Source: Tubiluchus corallicola
Lineage: Eukaryota > Animalia > Priapulida
Assembly: GCA_030141605.1 (NCBI GenBank)
Contig: JAQGDQ010000148.1
Location: forward strand, 432,639-496,638
Reading direction: 5' to 3'
DNA: 64,000 nt
A program made the translations under genes and the position numbers. The notes below the pieces were generated by a model. The model did not search any database. It saw only the letters and a program-made list of their open reading frames with translations, and had not been told where the DNA came from. Positions 15,501-30,500 of the stretch are shown piece after piece. The first letter of the stretch is position 1; every line of letters begins with the position of its first letter.

Positions 15501-18500
15501 TATTGCACTAGGTGGCAGTGTACATGTCCCGCTGTGGACTGCAGAGTAACACCGAACTTGTCGCCAAGGGTTACCCAGACATTGGCTGGGATCCAGTGGA
15601 AGGAGAAAGATTTTTGGATTTCTTACGTTTCTGTGTATGGGTTAACGGTGAGTGGTTTTTGCACTTCCAAAGGTTTTAAAAGAAAATAGTCATAAATAAT
15701 TAACGCACAACAAACAGTTATGTTTTGGCCTGCTTGACTTTATAAATTACATTGCTGTGTTTAACAGTTGAATAATGTGTACATTGGCAGCATGAGCAAA
15801 GGCAATGTAGGTTTTTTAAAGACATTTAATTTTGTTTCAATTTCTGACACAGAAACATACTGACTTTAGTTGCTTAATCCAAACTATCTATGATTTTAAA
15901 AACCCTAAACTTTTTCTGGAAACTAAATTGCACTTTCTTCATTTGTAGTTGAACTGATAAGAACTGTTTTGTAATACAGTTTTGAGTTGTTCCATATTAC
16001 AAAAATTACAGAAAATAATAAGATCATTGCATTTCAAAAGCATTTATACAGAGATCTACTCGCTATCAAGTGACCGAAAAATTTCAAACAAGAACTGTAT
16101 ACTTTAACATATTATAGCATATTATTAACACATTAAGCATTTTGTTGTTAAGTTGTACGGCATTTACACAAAAACCTGCTTAATGCAAGGTTTTATAGGC
16201 ATTGCATGCAGGCAGTTGTTGATTATGCATTTGTAGGAAAGAGTTAGTTTTTGCCAGCTGCCACATGTCCAGATTAAGTGAATAAGTAAATTCAGCAAAT
16301 AATAATTTTGAAAGAAGACTTTAGAAGTTTGTAATATTTACTTAGTAGTGTATGTCATTGCTGTCATCTTCATAACAGTTATACTGTGTTCTACCAATCT
16401 ATACACATGTATTACTCCATGGTGTCTGGCGTTATTGCTGTAATTTTGCTATGTTTTTACAATTTAATATTCTTACGTTTAAACACATTACATTACAACT
16501 TACTCTGTCTATCACGCTACGGTGTAACAGTGTAATGGATAATGTGTTTGCATCAATCTGGTATTTATAGCCAGGGATAAAGGTTTCATACTAGGCTTGT
16601 GTGTTATCTGTTAAACTTAAAATTGACATTTATTTCTGAACTGTAGGTGAATGTGTAGAGGAAAATGCTAACCTTGTCATTCGTTTGCTGATCAGACGCC
16701 CCGAGTGTCTTGGACCTGCACTTCGTGGCGAGGGTGGGGGTCTTTTGAAGGCTATGAAAGACGGGTGTGACATGTCACGAGAGATTGCCAGGCAGAATGC
16801 GCAAGCGTAAGTGTATTCATCAGTATTCTTATGGGTTTCTTGATTGTACTGGCAGTATGTCAGTTCCTATAGAATGTGCAAGCATTTATAACACATGTAA
16901 AATTTTTACACCGTTTTCTCCTCAGAGAAACACCACCAGAAGATGATGAAGATTATATTGACATGGGCAGTGCCATACTGACATTTTATGCAGCCTTAGT
17001 AGATTTATTGGGTCGTTGTGCACCAGATTCTACTACAATCACACAGGTAAAATCCTCATCTCATTTTTACAAATGTGCTTTTTACTGTGATCATCGATGT
17101 ACTCAGATATGCTAAACATTTTTTACGAGCGCTTGAATATAGTTATTTAGTCTTATCAGATTAAAACATTGGCTTTGTATTGTTGTTAATTCTTAATTTA
17201 GTTAGCACACCACAAACAGTTGAGGATATGAGTGTATTGTTTATGTTGAATCCTTTGGGTGTTGAACATCTACAATTATGTAGATTATAAAAAACCCCAG
17301 AAGTGTAAAATAAAGTCTAATTAGTTCAGATTTACAAAAGTCTTTTATTGATTTCTTTTAGAAAAAGTTGATATCATTTTCAAAGTTAATAAAATATGGT
17401 TTTAAAGTGTTTTAGATCTAAGTAAGGCACTAATGTTTTTTTTGTTAAAGTGGATTGAGAAAAATAAGTTAGAGCTCACACATGGTCTAGTACTGCAAAG
17501 TTTATTTCAGTGGTAGTATGGACAGTATTTTAAGCTTTGACTCATGCTGTTACCTATCATACAACTTTTAAACTAAAGTTTTCCTTATTATTTTTGACAG
17601 GGAAAAAGTGATTCTATTAGAGCTCGTGCTATTCTACGAAGTTTAATTTCAATGGAGGACTTGGAAGGTGTTTTGAGTCTTCGGTTTATGCTACCACCTG
17701 TTGTGCAACCAACACAACCAGCTGATGGTAGGACCTTATGAAAATTCTCTAGGGATAAAGAACGTAAAAAAAAGATAAAGAGTTAAAAGTCTATAAATAC
17801 TTTCATATTACTGATAGTCTTTATATTCCTGAGTTTCTGCTTTAGTTTACGTTTCTTTACCAAGTCTTTTTTAGTTCTAAAGTTTTTCATTTTGAAATTT
17901 GAATTTGGGAATGTAAACTGTTCACTATGATGTTATTACTCACACTACTGCAATTTTATTTATCCAGTACAGCACAGTTTGAGCTGGTGTGCAGCATTTA
18001 ACGAAGGGCTTCTTATTTTACTGGTTATAGCAGAACCAGTATCTATAAACTCATTATCAAAGATTAATCTAGAAGGATACTGGATTTGCACACTGTGTTA
18101 GTAGGCTGCACATGTATTGCATCTCAGCTACCGTACAGCTGTAAGTAGCACAGTAAATAAAACTACCTAGAAGTAGTTTTCAAGAATACAGCAATCATCC
18201 ATGCATTTACTAAGCAGACCCTGTGCTGCTTAACTTCGTAGTCAATCTCACGTTGTGACCATCGACTATTGCAATCGCTCAAAATTGTGATTTGATAATT
18301 TTATTAATCAAGTGGTACTTTTTCATTGATTCAGTAATGCATTTGTTACTGTTATCGCATTTGACTGTGTTTTAATGTTAAGCTGAGATAAAGCCCGAGG
18401 AAAGAGACAGTAAAATATTAATGAAGGATAACTCGCAAAAATCTTGGTAGCAAAAGTAACGGTTACTATCCACCAATTATTTTTATTAAAGTTTTATTGA

Positions 18501-21500
18501 ATAGGTTTATAAAAAATTACTTATTTTCTATTTAAGCTCTGTTAATTAGTAACAGTTAAGTCAGCTCAAAAATGTTTCAACTTTATTACTTTACCTTACA
18601 ATAGTTTAAAAGATTTCATACCAATTATATTACAATGCAAACATTTGAATCTTGCTTCTTGTGAATTATTGATTTTCGTAATTGTGACATTAGTATTAGT
18701 TGACACCAGCCTACATTAGAATAATTTCATAAGTTTTAATTCCTCACTGTAGTATATAGACATTGTCTTTTGGTGTTTAATGTTTTGTATGCTCTAGTGC
18801 TTTGTTTTACAGGTGATGATGGTATCAAAGGCGTTGGGTTGCCACCAGGATTGCTGCCTGTTCACAAGCAAGCTATCCTTCTGTTTCTGGATAGAGTTTA
18901 CGGTGTGCCTGACCAGGAGACGTTCTTCAGACTTCTAGAAGATGGACTCCTGCCTGATATGCGAGCAGCTTGCATTCTTGACTGTGTAAGTTGATCTGTT
19001 AATAAAATTTGAAGTGAATTTTATTAAACTTTAAATGGATTGCCTGAGAAAATTTATTTGAAAAATTGTTTAAAAACATTTACACATAGGTTTTATACAA
19101 ATTGCGCCATTCAACAAGCAGCTTGATAATAGTGTTATGTAAAGCTTGAGGTTTACAGCTGTTGTTTACTGCTTGAGGTGTTGTTTATAATAAATAAGTA
19201 AATCTCTCTTCATGGGTCTAATAAAGATAGTGGCTATGGCCATTTCTATTTTGCAATTTTACAGCTTGGTAATGTAGAAATGGTGAAATCATTTTTGAAT
19301 CCAGTTGAAAAACTGTGTTGAATCTTGTGGCATAGTTTGCTAAATAGCAGGCAGTGTATTTTTGTCTTTTTCAGAGTAAAAACTAAAAATTAATTAAGCA
19401 ACTAAAATAATCACCTGTGGAAACTAATGAAACAAAAAGTCAAACTTAATGGTGCTGTTTAATCAGCAGAATGTGTCAGTGGGTCTAAAGAAAGATTCAC
19501 TCATTTTTGCACCTCACAATTAATGTCTTTTATGGCTTTCCCGCCTGCGAGAATTATTAGCTTTATTAGCTCAGTAGAAGAGTTACCAAGTTTTTCAGTC
19601 TTGAAGTTTCTCTAACCCTTTCTGATTACTTTCTTCAAGATAGCCAGAAAAGTCTAAATCTTTTTAATCTGTTGGCTGGTGATGAATCTATTTATTTATA
19701 TTCTATTTTGCCTGCCACAATTTAATAATTATTAATTTACGCTTTCTTAATTTTGATCTCACTAATGAATATTCTTGTTTGTTTTTTAGCCTGGTGCTAA
19801 TGATAGTGATCTGGCATTAGCTCTCAATCGCTATCTTTGTAACAGTGTGCTGCCTTTGCTCACTCATTATGCTAAGTTTTTCTCTAATGCTGAACATTAC
19901 TCGGAGTTACTCGAAGCGACTCTGCACACAGCTTACCGAATTTCTAAATGTTCAACACTCACTAAAGTGCAGCGGGAAGTCCTATCCGAGTTTCTTATAT
20001 CATTCACTAGGTATTTGCTTTGTTATTTTTATGGGAGTATTTTAGATTGTCTTCTGATTTATTTCTTGCATAACTTTATTTCCATTGAAATTTACTGTCA
20101 CAGAGAAGAATAAGATTTTGCTGACTGTGATAAGTGAATAAGAACACAAATGAATAGACAAAGACATAGACAATTTGTTGTTGTTATGTATTTAAGTGTT
20201 GCCTTAATTCTTCAGACATTCTTTATTATGCTAAAGCTAGCTAATTACTTGTAGTAGCACTAGTTAAATTGTAGTAGTATCTGTAGTTAAATTAAAGCTA
20301 AAATTGTACTTACGTGCAGTGTTTTTTTGCTTTAATGTAAACGATATGGAAATTTATTTCAGGGAGCTGCGTCCTGTTATGATGCTACCTTTATTGCAAA
20401 AGCTTACATATGATGTTCCGTCTCTGCATGAGTACACGCATGTATCACTGAATATTCTCAACCTGCACTATGAACGGTGCGGACCATATTACGGTGCTGC
20501 TACAGGATACGGCACGGCTAGTGAGGGAGAGAAACGTCTCACAATGATGCTGTTTTCAGGAATTTTTGAGTCCCTCGCTAACAGGGTAAGTTGTTTTTCA
20601 GTTCGTTCCAATAATACAGAAATTTTGAGTTATCATGTTGTATTTCATTAATAAGCCTTTTCACAGTTCCAGCGATTGTTGATGATCGTGGAAATGTCAA
20701 AAGTTAAATGTACCAGACAACGCATTTATGTTCACTTAACAACGTTTCGCAGCCAAAGCTATTGTAATAGTAATGGTTTTAACAGTTAGCTAAAACCTTA
20801 CCTAGTTCATTTTTTCTTGTTTCCAAGCAAGATCCATCTAGTAAGTCACTCTACGTACAGACTAATGCATAATTAAGTAAAATCCATGTAAAACAACTGA
20901 AGGTACTAAACTAATGCTTTGTGTTACCCACATGTCACTTGACAATTGTAGTTAACATGTGTGTTGCTGTGGTACACTTAACCTTTGACCTACAGCAACT
21001 GCGCATTCGTACAACAAAACTGTGAAAAGGCTTAGTACAACAAGAATAATGATTCAAGCCATTTATGTTGTTAGTCATCTAGTCATCAGTAACTTGTTAA
21101 GACAAAAAACTGCAGTACATGTAGTAACATCTGCAGTATAATTGTGACAGTAACCATAACAAAAATAAATTATAACAACAATGCAACAATGACAAGAAGA
21201 ACACTGTAATGACAACAGCAGCACCAGTAACAACAACAACAACCATGGCAGTAGTCGCCTCGTTAACAATAAAGCAGGAGCAACAAACAATGTCATGTCT
21301 GATACTTTTATAACAGTAAAAATCAGAGGTCTTGTCAAACAGAGGTCTGAGCCAGTTTATAAATTGTTAACAAATTTTGAAGCCGAAACATGTTTTTGTT
21401 ATTAAACTTGTGAAATATTATTCTCGGGATTTACTTCCAGTTTACCAGCCATCTCGAAATTCCTTTAGTACATAATTTTGAGGTGCATACGTACCCTACT

Positions 21501-24500
21501 CATGCTAGTTTCAAAATACATTATTACAGAATGCCAAAATTCTTTGAACAAGCTTTAGAGTTAAATATATACAATTCCGAAACATATTAATAGGCTTCCT
21601 GATTATATGGAAACAAAATTCTACGCTACTAGGAACTGTTGTCTAAGGAGCGTCATTAATAAACTGAAAAAAATATTTCCTCTTAAGTTATGTAGAGACT
21701 CTTGTATAATTCATCACTGCTGTATCTGTGAGCGTAATTAGCATCTTTGTCCTTTTGAATGTCGATTCACTCAAGTTTTTTTTATTAATTTTATTTTAAT
21801 CTACATTATGTAAGTCATGTCAGAATGTCTTACTTATTGTGAATTTGTATCTAATTCAAACTCTACTCTACTCTACTCTACTCTACCCTACTCTGCTCTG
21901 CTCTGCTTTGCTCTGCTCTGCTCTACTCTACTCTACTCTACTCTACTCTACTCTACTCTACTCTACTCTACTCTACTCTACTGTACTCCTAGTTTTTGTT
22001 AATATTTTGCCTGCATTTCAGTTTTATATAAACAATAAGCTTAGTTTATGGGAAAACAGACTCTACAGAAACAACAACCTAAGGATTTTCGAAATTATCT
22101 GGTTACATTTTAGCACTCGAACTACAAAAACTTTTGGTTCATGCACTTTAACTTTTTGGATATATTACCTTTATATGCAGAACTTCATCAAGCCTAACAG
22201 ACTACATAACTATCTTTGACAAAATTTGACAAGTTTTAGCATAGAAATGTTTAGTTAGCACACTACAGATACTTAAATTCTGCTTCACCAAGCTTTATAA
22301 TTCAAAGAAATTCTGTGTAATTGATGAAGGGCATGGGCAGCTGTAGAGTGAATCTGAATTGAGCACTATGCAAATATGAAATACATTTTTCGTGGAGAAT
22401 ATAAAGTAGCATTTACTAAACCTCTTATGCATTGCTGAGGGAACTCTCATAATTGCGTTGTTGTATTAAGTACTATTCTAGTTGCATTTAGGTTTAAACG
22501 AAAGACTAAACAAATCTACACTTTGATCCTTAGCTTTTTCCTAGTTCTTAATCTTCCAATGTTAGATTAAAAAGATTTCCTAAATTAAGAAAAGGATAAA
22601 ATAAGTCTAGTATAAGTCAAATAAAGCCGACCATAGAATAATCTTATATTACCAATTAAAAGTAATATTAGACTTTCATGCATGCAGTTTATTAACAAAG
22701 CATGTAGTTATCAAAATTTTAGATTTATTTGCAAAATAAAATTTCGCATAGTATGGCACAGATGTATGAAAAAACAAAAATGGCAAAAAAAAGCAAACAA
22801 ACAGTCATTTCAGATAATTATACAGCATAACTCAATGAAAAGAACTAAGTTTTTCAAGTAAATAGTTGTTAAGTAAGTTATATAAACTTTTCTTTTTGAA
22901 AGTGTATTATATAGACTGTAAGAGTTTGAATTATACCCATTGCATTAAAATTTAGATTTCACAGAATTTTAAATGCTAAGATTGTTAAATAGATTGGCTT
23001 GCTTGTGTAAAGTGCTCTGCAATATCAGAAAAATTACCGCGATCGTAATAAACCATTATGAGAGATACAACAAATATGTTTATTTTAATCACTCCATTCC
23101 TTATTTAAGAGATAGAGTAATTAACATGTTTGGTTACTTTGTTTGGAGGATGCTGCTTTTGAAGAAGCAGTAATTAGCCATTGAACATAATTCATTGCTT
23201 TATACTGGATTTAAAATCAACTGAAAATCTGCAGTTATCTTAGTTTTGTCATAACAGTATAATAAAGCTTATATTTGTTTAAACTCTGATGTTTCGTTGG
23301 TTTCTAACTTCCTTTTATTTGGTCTAAGATTTTCCATGTTGTAATTTGAAGAACTGACAGAATTTACTAAAGATATCACAACAAATTTACCTAAGGGTTA
23401 CAACAAGAATATGCAGGTGCAGTTTATCTTTTCATTATTTCAGGCGTACGATCCGGATTTGTTTGCGAAAGCATTGCCGTGTTTAACATCTATTGGTTGT
23501 GCTTTATCGCCAGACTATACGTTGACTCCATGTGATGATATAGAATGGCGCAAGAAACAGTATCTTACTTCCGCTGGAATTTACAAACCAATGCCGTGCG
23601 ACACAAGCAGGTGAAATAAATTACATTTGCATTTATACCATGTAAATTTGATGTAGCCCACACTGTCTGTCAGTGGGTTTAGTAAATTGAGATGTCAGAC
23701 AAATTTAAATTTGTATTAAGAAAGATGAGTGAAAGAAATGTGTCAACTAAACAGGGAAAAGAGTATAGGAGAGAGGTGGGCATAAAAAGGAAAGAAATGG
23801 CGTAAATTTATATGTAATTTTTTGTAGGGTTCAGCTTCCAGTAGAATTGTTTGACTTTGTTACAAGGTTTGCAGAGCAGTACCATGATGCTTGGGCTTCT
23901 AGAAAGGTAAATACAATTTTGATAGCTAATTTTTTAACAGATAAACATTGTGGTGCTTTATGTTAGGTGAACAAGTTATCATGATGATAAGCTAACGATG
24001 CCTGCTGAATGAAGTTTGGATTTAAAATTACTATAGTCCAAAATTTCAACTAGTATCTAATCGCATAATCAGATTTGCTGCTGAAGATTTTTTTTATTTG
24101 TTCAACATTAGAACAAGCATTCAATTTACTGTAGAACTTGTTTTTTGGCTAAATATTTTGAGAGGATCAGTGAAATATTAATTAAGATGAAGTTAAAAAC
24201 TGTGTAAAAAATAAGTCATACAAAAGCCACTGCATCAAAGCAAAACAATGAGAAAAGATGAAAACATGAAGAAGAAAGTATGGGAAAATTTAACGTTATA
24301 CTATAATAGGTAGCTGCGGAAACTTTATTTAGATGAGAATAAAAATCAAAATAATATGAAATGTGTTTGTATAACAAATCCTTTTAATTAATTTGATTGC
24401 TCCTTCTAAACTTTCTCAGCAATCGTTTTAATAGGAAATTTTTTACTTTAGATTGACAGAGGTTGGACGTTTAGTGATAATTATGTCCCAGAACGCAAAC

Positions 24501-27500
24501 TTCATCCGCGGTTGAAACCATTCGACATGCTCACTGATTTTGTAAGTACAAACAAAAAACTTGATAGTTTTAGGCATAACATTGTACTAATTTATAAAAA
24601 CAGAGAATAACTACAAGATTTTTTGGCAAGTAATTTTAAAGTTAACTATTGTCTAGCTAGGTTAAGTTGTTTTTAAGGACACAAATTTGAATCTAAAATT
24701 GCCAACATGTTTTTTTCTGCATTTTAGGACAGAAAGATGTATAAGGAGCCCATTGAAGCTTCCCTAAAAGCTATGATAGCTTATGGTTGGAGTATTAAAA
24801 GCACTGGTGCCAAGGGAGCAGCAGAGGGTACTGGAAAGCGTCGTAGCAGCATGCAGACTAAATCCATTGGCAAAATGGTACTTATCTACTTACTGACATT
24901 GAGTCACTTTAACAACCAATAATCCTATCAGTTTTTAGAATATTTGAATATGTATGGTATTTCATATTGCAGCGTATTCAGAAAAATTTGTTGTGAACTA
25001 ACTTTTATTTTGCATTCTTGACCAATTTTGTACTAAGATACCACAAGCAATTATGAAACTCATCTGTGCTCAAAAAACATTTGCAGCTGTTAGGGTAGTT
25101 CAACTTGCTATCATGCAGCTCTATTGTAATACCTAATTAGCATATACTAATTAAATCTAGCCATAAACTAGCAGCAGTATTCTTTATTTTTCAGTATTGA
25201 CATCTATTGCATGAGAGTAATAATATTTACATTAACAGTGATGCTTTATTTTATAAATCAAGGTCACAGGGACGAAAAGTAATAAATTCACCATTTTGGC
25301 GTTCTTTTTCTTATTTCAAGTTTTGTTACACTGTTGCTTTATTACGATGTAAAGCAAGCAATGGTATTGTTTCACTCCGTGATGCACGGACAATGTGTCT
25401 TGAAAAATTTGCAATGTGTAATTTTGGCGTGATTGTGCTTTCATTACGTGTCGTGGTGAAGTCGTGACATGTATGCACTAGCATTAGTAATAGTGTGGAT
25501 GCCACATTAGTTTTGAGAATACAAGAAACTGATGGGTGATTGAGCTAGTGTTACTTGGAGTCCATAAGATGGTTTGTGTTGTAGGTTATTTACATTTTAT
25601 GGACATCCACAGTTGTGTGCTATTGATATTTTTTCGACCACATGTACTCAAATTTGTTTCAAATTTTAAAACACTATGTTCAAAAAATATTTGCATGTTA
25701 TTCTGTGAGGTCTTGAAAGGAACAAATCTTTTCACAGTTTCAGCGATTGGTGATGATCGCAAAAAGGTCAAAGATTAAGTGCACCAGACAAGACAATGTA
25801 TTTGTGTTCACTTGACAACGCCTCGCAGCTGATGCAGTTGTAATAGTAACAGTTTTAATATGTTTTAACAGCTAGCTAGAACCTTACCTAGTTCATTTTT
25901 TCTTGTTCCCAAGTAAGATCCTGCTGGTAAATCACTCTACACACAGACTAATAGAATTAAGTAAAGTCTATGTAAAACAACTGACACTACTGAACTGAAG
26001 CTGCAGATGGCTTTGCTTTATCCCAAGTCACGTGGCAGTTGTAGTTGAGGCGTGTTGTTATGGTGTAATTCACCTTTGACCTACTGCAACTGCAACTGCA
26101 CGTGCACACAACGAAACTGTGAAAAGGCTTATTCTATAACTTCTTAGAAGGAAAAACTGGGCTACAATATATCCTGTGGCATGCCAGGGTTACATTTTGG
26201 TGATTTGTTTGAAAACCTGTAGAACACATAAGCCATTATTGTTACATCAGTTATTCTTGTCTGCCACATAGCTCTTTATTACGTGAACTCAGGCCTATTA
26301 CTGTCATTAATTGGTAAGCAATTTACATGAAATATGTGTATATTAATAATGTCGCTTTTAATCCAGCTGTGAGTTAAATGAATGTTTTTATGATGTCTTT
26401 TTTGTAACTAACTTGATGAAAGTAAATATTTTTTGTTCAGGATTTTGATGCACTGCATGGATACAGTCCTAAACCTGTGGACATGACAAACTTGAGTTTG
26501 AGTAAAGAAATGCAGGCAATGGCAGAGAGATTAGCTGAGAACGCGCACGACCTGTGGGCTTGCAGAATTATGGATGAGCTTAGAAATAAAGGTATGAATT
26601 ACTGAATTCATTATTAAGTTACTGAATGAAACTATTGAAAGGTAGACTTTTAAAGGCTTAATCTGCAATAGCTCTTGAGCCCATTAAGTTTACAATTATA
26701 TAAGAAACTTACTGTATTTTTATATTTTTGACCACCTGCATAGGAGGAGGAAGTCACCCTCATTTGATACCCTACGATATGATGACAGAAAGAGAGAAAA
26801 GAAAGGAAAGGCTGCGGTCACTTGACATGCTGAAATTTTTGCAATTACAAGGTTATAAAGTTGAGAAGTAAGTACATAAAGAATTTATACGGTAGTGTAT
26901 AACAGTTCTATGCAATTAATGTACAAATATAAAACTTTTGCTAACGTTTTAAATTTTATTTTTACTAGGTTTGATGCATCATTTTTCCATAGAAGTTTTG
27001 ACAAAAATGTTTCTACATTTGCTTTCTGTTTCAATATTTTCGTTATTAACTTGTTCAATCAGTGGGCAGAAATATTTGCATTTTTTTAGAATAATGGACA
27101 ACAAATTACATACAGAATTAGCTGGACAAGATTTGAATGAAGAATCAGCAATTGAAAAACGGTTCGCTTACAGTCTTCTCACCAAACTGCTAGAATACTT
27201 GGAAAGAGCTGCTCAAAATCTTTGCAAGTTGTACAAAGGTCGGTTGTACACTCGTCGTAACAGCTATGTATCTGCGACCGAAGATGTGAAGTTTTTTGGA
27301 AAGGTGAATTAGAAATATCTGAACATTCTCGACATAATTAATAAAAACGTATTTATCTTTCAGGCTGGAACAGCAACAAATGTTCTTGGCAGATATACTA
27401 ATGCAAAATAAAAGAAATGGCATCAACTTCTTTATTGTGTATAATCGCTGTATGATCGCATTGCAGTTGTAGCAGATCATCTTTAGTGCAATTGAGGTTT

Positions 27501-30500
27501 TTCATGCAGTCTTTGGTGTCATTAAGTAAACTTACAAAACTTTGTAATAATAGGAATTTTCTTAGCAAAGATTATTACAAGTATTTCTAGAGTTCATACT
27601 TTATCTTAGGTGTAAAGATTTTCAAATTATGTGTGAGATCTTAAATTTGTTAACAATACAAGTCCTAAAACACTGCCACAAACTGATAGCTGAGTTGTCT
27701 ATTATTTAAATGTGGTGATTAATGATATTTAAAAGTGGTTTCTGCGGATGATGCTTTCTTGCTTTTTCCAGTAACATGTTCTGTGTCTTTTACGCAGGTT
27801 GCATTACCTTTGGTTGAGAAGTATTTCGTGTCACACAGAGCATACTTTTTAGCCAGCAGCACTTCAGGGCAGACTGCACATGCTTCTATACAAGAGAAAG
27901 AATTAGTGGGCAGGTAGGCTCTTTATTTTCTCAGAGGGATACATTTCAAAATAAGAGCTGATTAAATCACTTTACATAGACATTCTTTTGTCTACTTTGT
28001 TAATAATTGATGCTTTACAAACCCAAACTTGACAGCCTTTTGCTGCCAGGTCAATGCAATTAAGGACGTACGCGTTGGTTTGAGAGGTCGGCAGGTGACA
28101 TCTCATAAAAATAAAGTAAGAATAGTCAAACAGAGAAAGCAAAACATAAAAGAAATTATCAGAGATGGGTCTTGTAAATTTGAGCAGGCTCCTGTTTGTT
28201 TCAGGATAGTCTTACAAGCTTTTTGTAAGCTGAATAGTTATAATGTTTACTGAGTAAGTGGTCAGAAAATTAACATTCAAATACTGTGATAAATGTGACA
28301 GGCTACCTCATTTACAAGACACTAAAAGGCTGTATTATCATCATAAAATATTTTTATGTTTTATTATCTTTAGATTCTGTGTTCTGCAGCAATGCAAATT
28401 GTTTATTTTTTAGCTTGTTCTGCAAGTTAGCACAGCTACTGAGGCACAAGTTTAATGCCTTTGGTTCCGCTGGTTCTGTAACAGTCCGATGTCTGCAAGT
28501 TCTGGTTCAGGCTATTGATGCAGGGTAAGTAGATGTCACCATTGTGTATTGTGACAGCTTTTTTTCTTGCACACTTGAGGTGACTGATTATTTCTTGCCA
28601 TTACATAGCTCTAAATTGTATGCAATAAAAGAAGCATTAGTACTGTAAGTTAGAAACAGTTAAGGTATCTTTCATAAATACATTTGTAATAAAGTATTAC
28701 ATTTTATTACATTTATGCTTACATTTTTAGATCTGTGGTGAAAAATCGTCCAGATTTCGTCAGAGCTCTCATGCTCCCATTCTTCAATAATGCGGCGGAA
28801 GATCTGGGTGCCATGGTGGACAGTCTCCGAGCTGGTAGTCTTCTAAGTGTTAAGGTTAGAGAAATGTTTGCATTAAGTGCACATAGTCTGCCCAACTAAT
28901 ATATATGAGGTGTATATTTAAAACCTCTCTTTTTTATCTTCTTTATATGCTTAAATCTGTTTTTATTACAAAATTTCTTAAATTTCACATTATGTGTTTG
29001 CTTTCCATCATTTTAGTTCATTTATATATTACTACATGTCCAATATATATTTACTTAGTAATTTTTATATATTACTATATATTTATTTATTATTTATATA
29101 TTATGTATTTTAGTAATATTTATATATTACTATATATTTATTTATTATTTATATATTATGTATTTTAGTAATATTTATATATTACTACATGTCCAACACC
29201 ATTCACTTGAAAATATTTCATTACCAAATTACACGGGCACAGTAATTAATTAAAAATTATGCGATTTTAATGAATTTTGATCTGTGTTTTAAATTACCTG
29301 TTAACTTTAATTACTTATAGGAAACAGCAAGAAAAAGCTATTGCACACTCAATTATGCGCACATGGTTTTATTACCAGTCCTGACGTCCATGTATCATCA
29401 TTTGGGAGTTTGCAACTTTGGAAAGGATTTGCTGGGTAAACAGATTATTTTTCTATGAGACTCATACATGTTATTTAGACAGCTTAACTGAACTAGACGT
29501 GACTAAATGCGCTTTGTATGGAATCTATACGTCTTAGCTTTATGAAGCTTCATAATTTTGTATTATCAAAAGAAATACGCAAAACTTTTCAAAGTTATAC
29601 ATAATTTTCCAAAGCCAAATGAATATGAAATGTTGTCATAAACTTGGCAAATTTAAAATAGTACGCGAAATTTTTTACATATTAAGAAAAATGGGCAAAT
29701 TTTCCATTCGTTCTAAACAGCATTATAGTTTATCTCTATTTATTTCATTAACAGCAATAACATAGCAACAGTTGTGTAGTTTTTCATCTGATTTCTAAGG
29801 TGAAGGTGCACAACTGTATCATTAAGCATTCTTGTGAGTTACACAAAAAATATAAATGTTCATAGCAAAACGCTTATGCACGTGTTTCGAGAAATCTAGT
29901 TAAGATCTTACCTGCAAAAAATTTTTAACATGCTCTTGCAAATTACAAACCTTTGGGTAATTTTGGTCGTTTTAAAAATGCTGGTCTTGAAATTCTAAAA
30001 TAACTTTGACAGTTTGTGTCACAATTATTTGTACTTAACAAAACTGCCACAATAGTTGGCAGAACATGGTCTATTGTTACATCCCGAGAATTTGCACCAG
30101 AAACTATAACAATCTCTTCTGTTTCAGTTGATGAGATTCAACTTGCTTGTTACAAGATTCTCAATAGTCTCTACACTCTGGGTGTTTCTGCATCACAGTT
30201 TGCTGAGTACAGAACCATTAAAGCTGAATTAGATAAGTATGTGCTCTTTTGGGTTGTGCTGAAACACGTATGTGTTTTTGAATATTTGCGTATTGTCTTG
30301 TAGACATTTTTAAGCACTTAGAGATCTTGTCTGTTGGTGTTGCCATTTAACGAACTTAAGATTAGAATTGTAAATAAACCTTTTGGAGTTTGGTTTTTTC
30401 TTTTTATTGTGCTATGATTCCGTTCTTTCTTACAGACATCGACCAGCTTTAGGTCAGTGTTTGGCTGGTTTTGCGGGAACATTCCCTGTTGCTTTTCTGG

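Noticed and set aside
21075-21338. Minus-strand Leu/Cys-rich ORF
   Set aside because: Product of a degenerate (ACA)n low-complexity tract.
21817-22219. ORFs with STLLY repeats
   Set aside because: Translation of the (CTCTA)n microsatellite, not a gene.
28029-28253. Stretch after gacag resembling the start of exon 28414 (possible duplicate exon)
   Set aside because: In the required phase it hits TAA within 10 codons; no real similarity.
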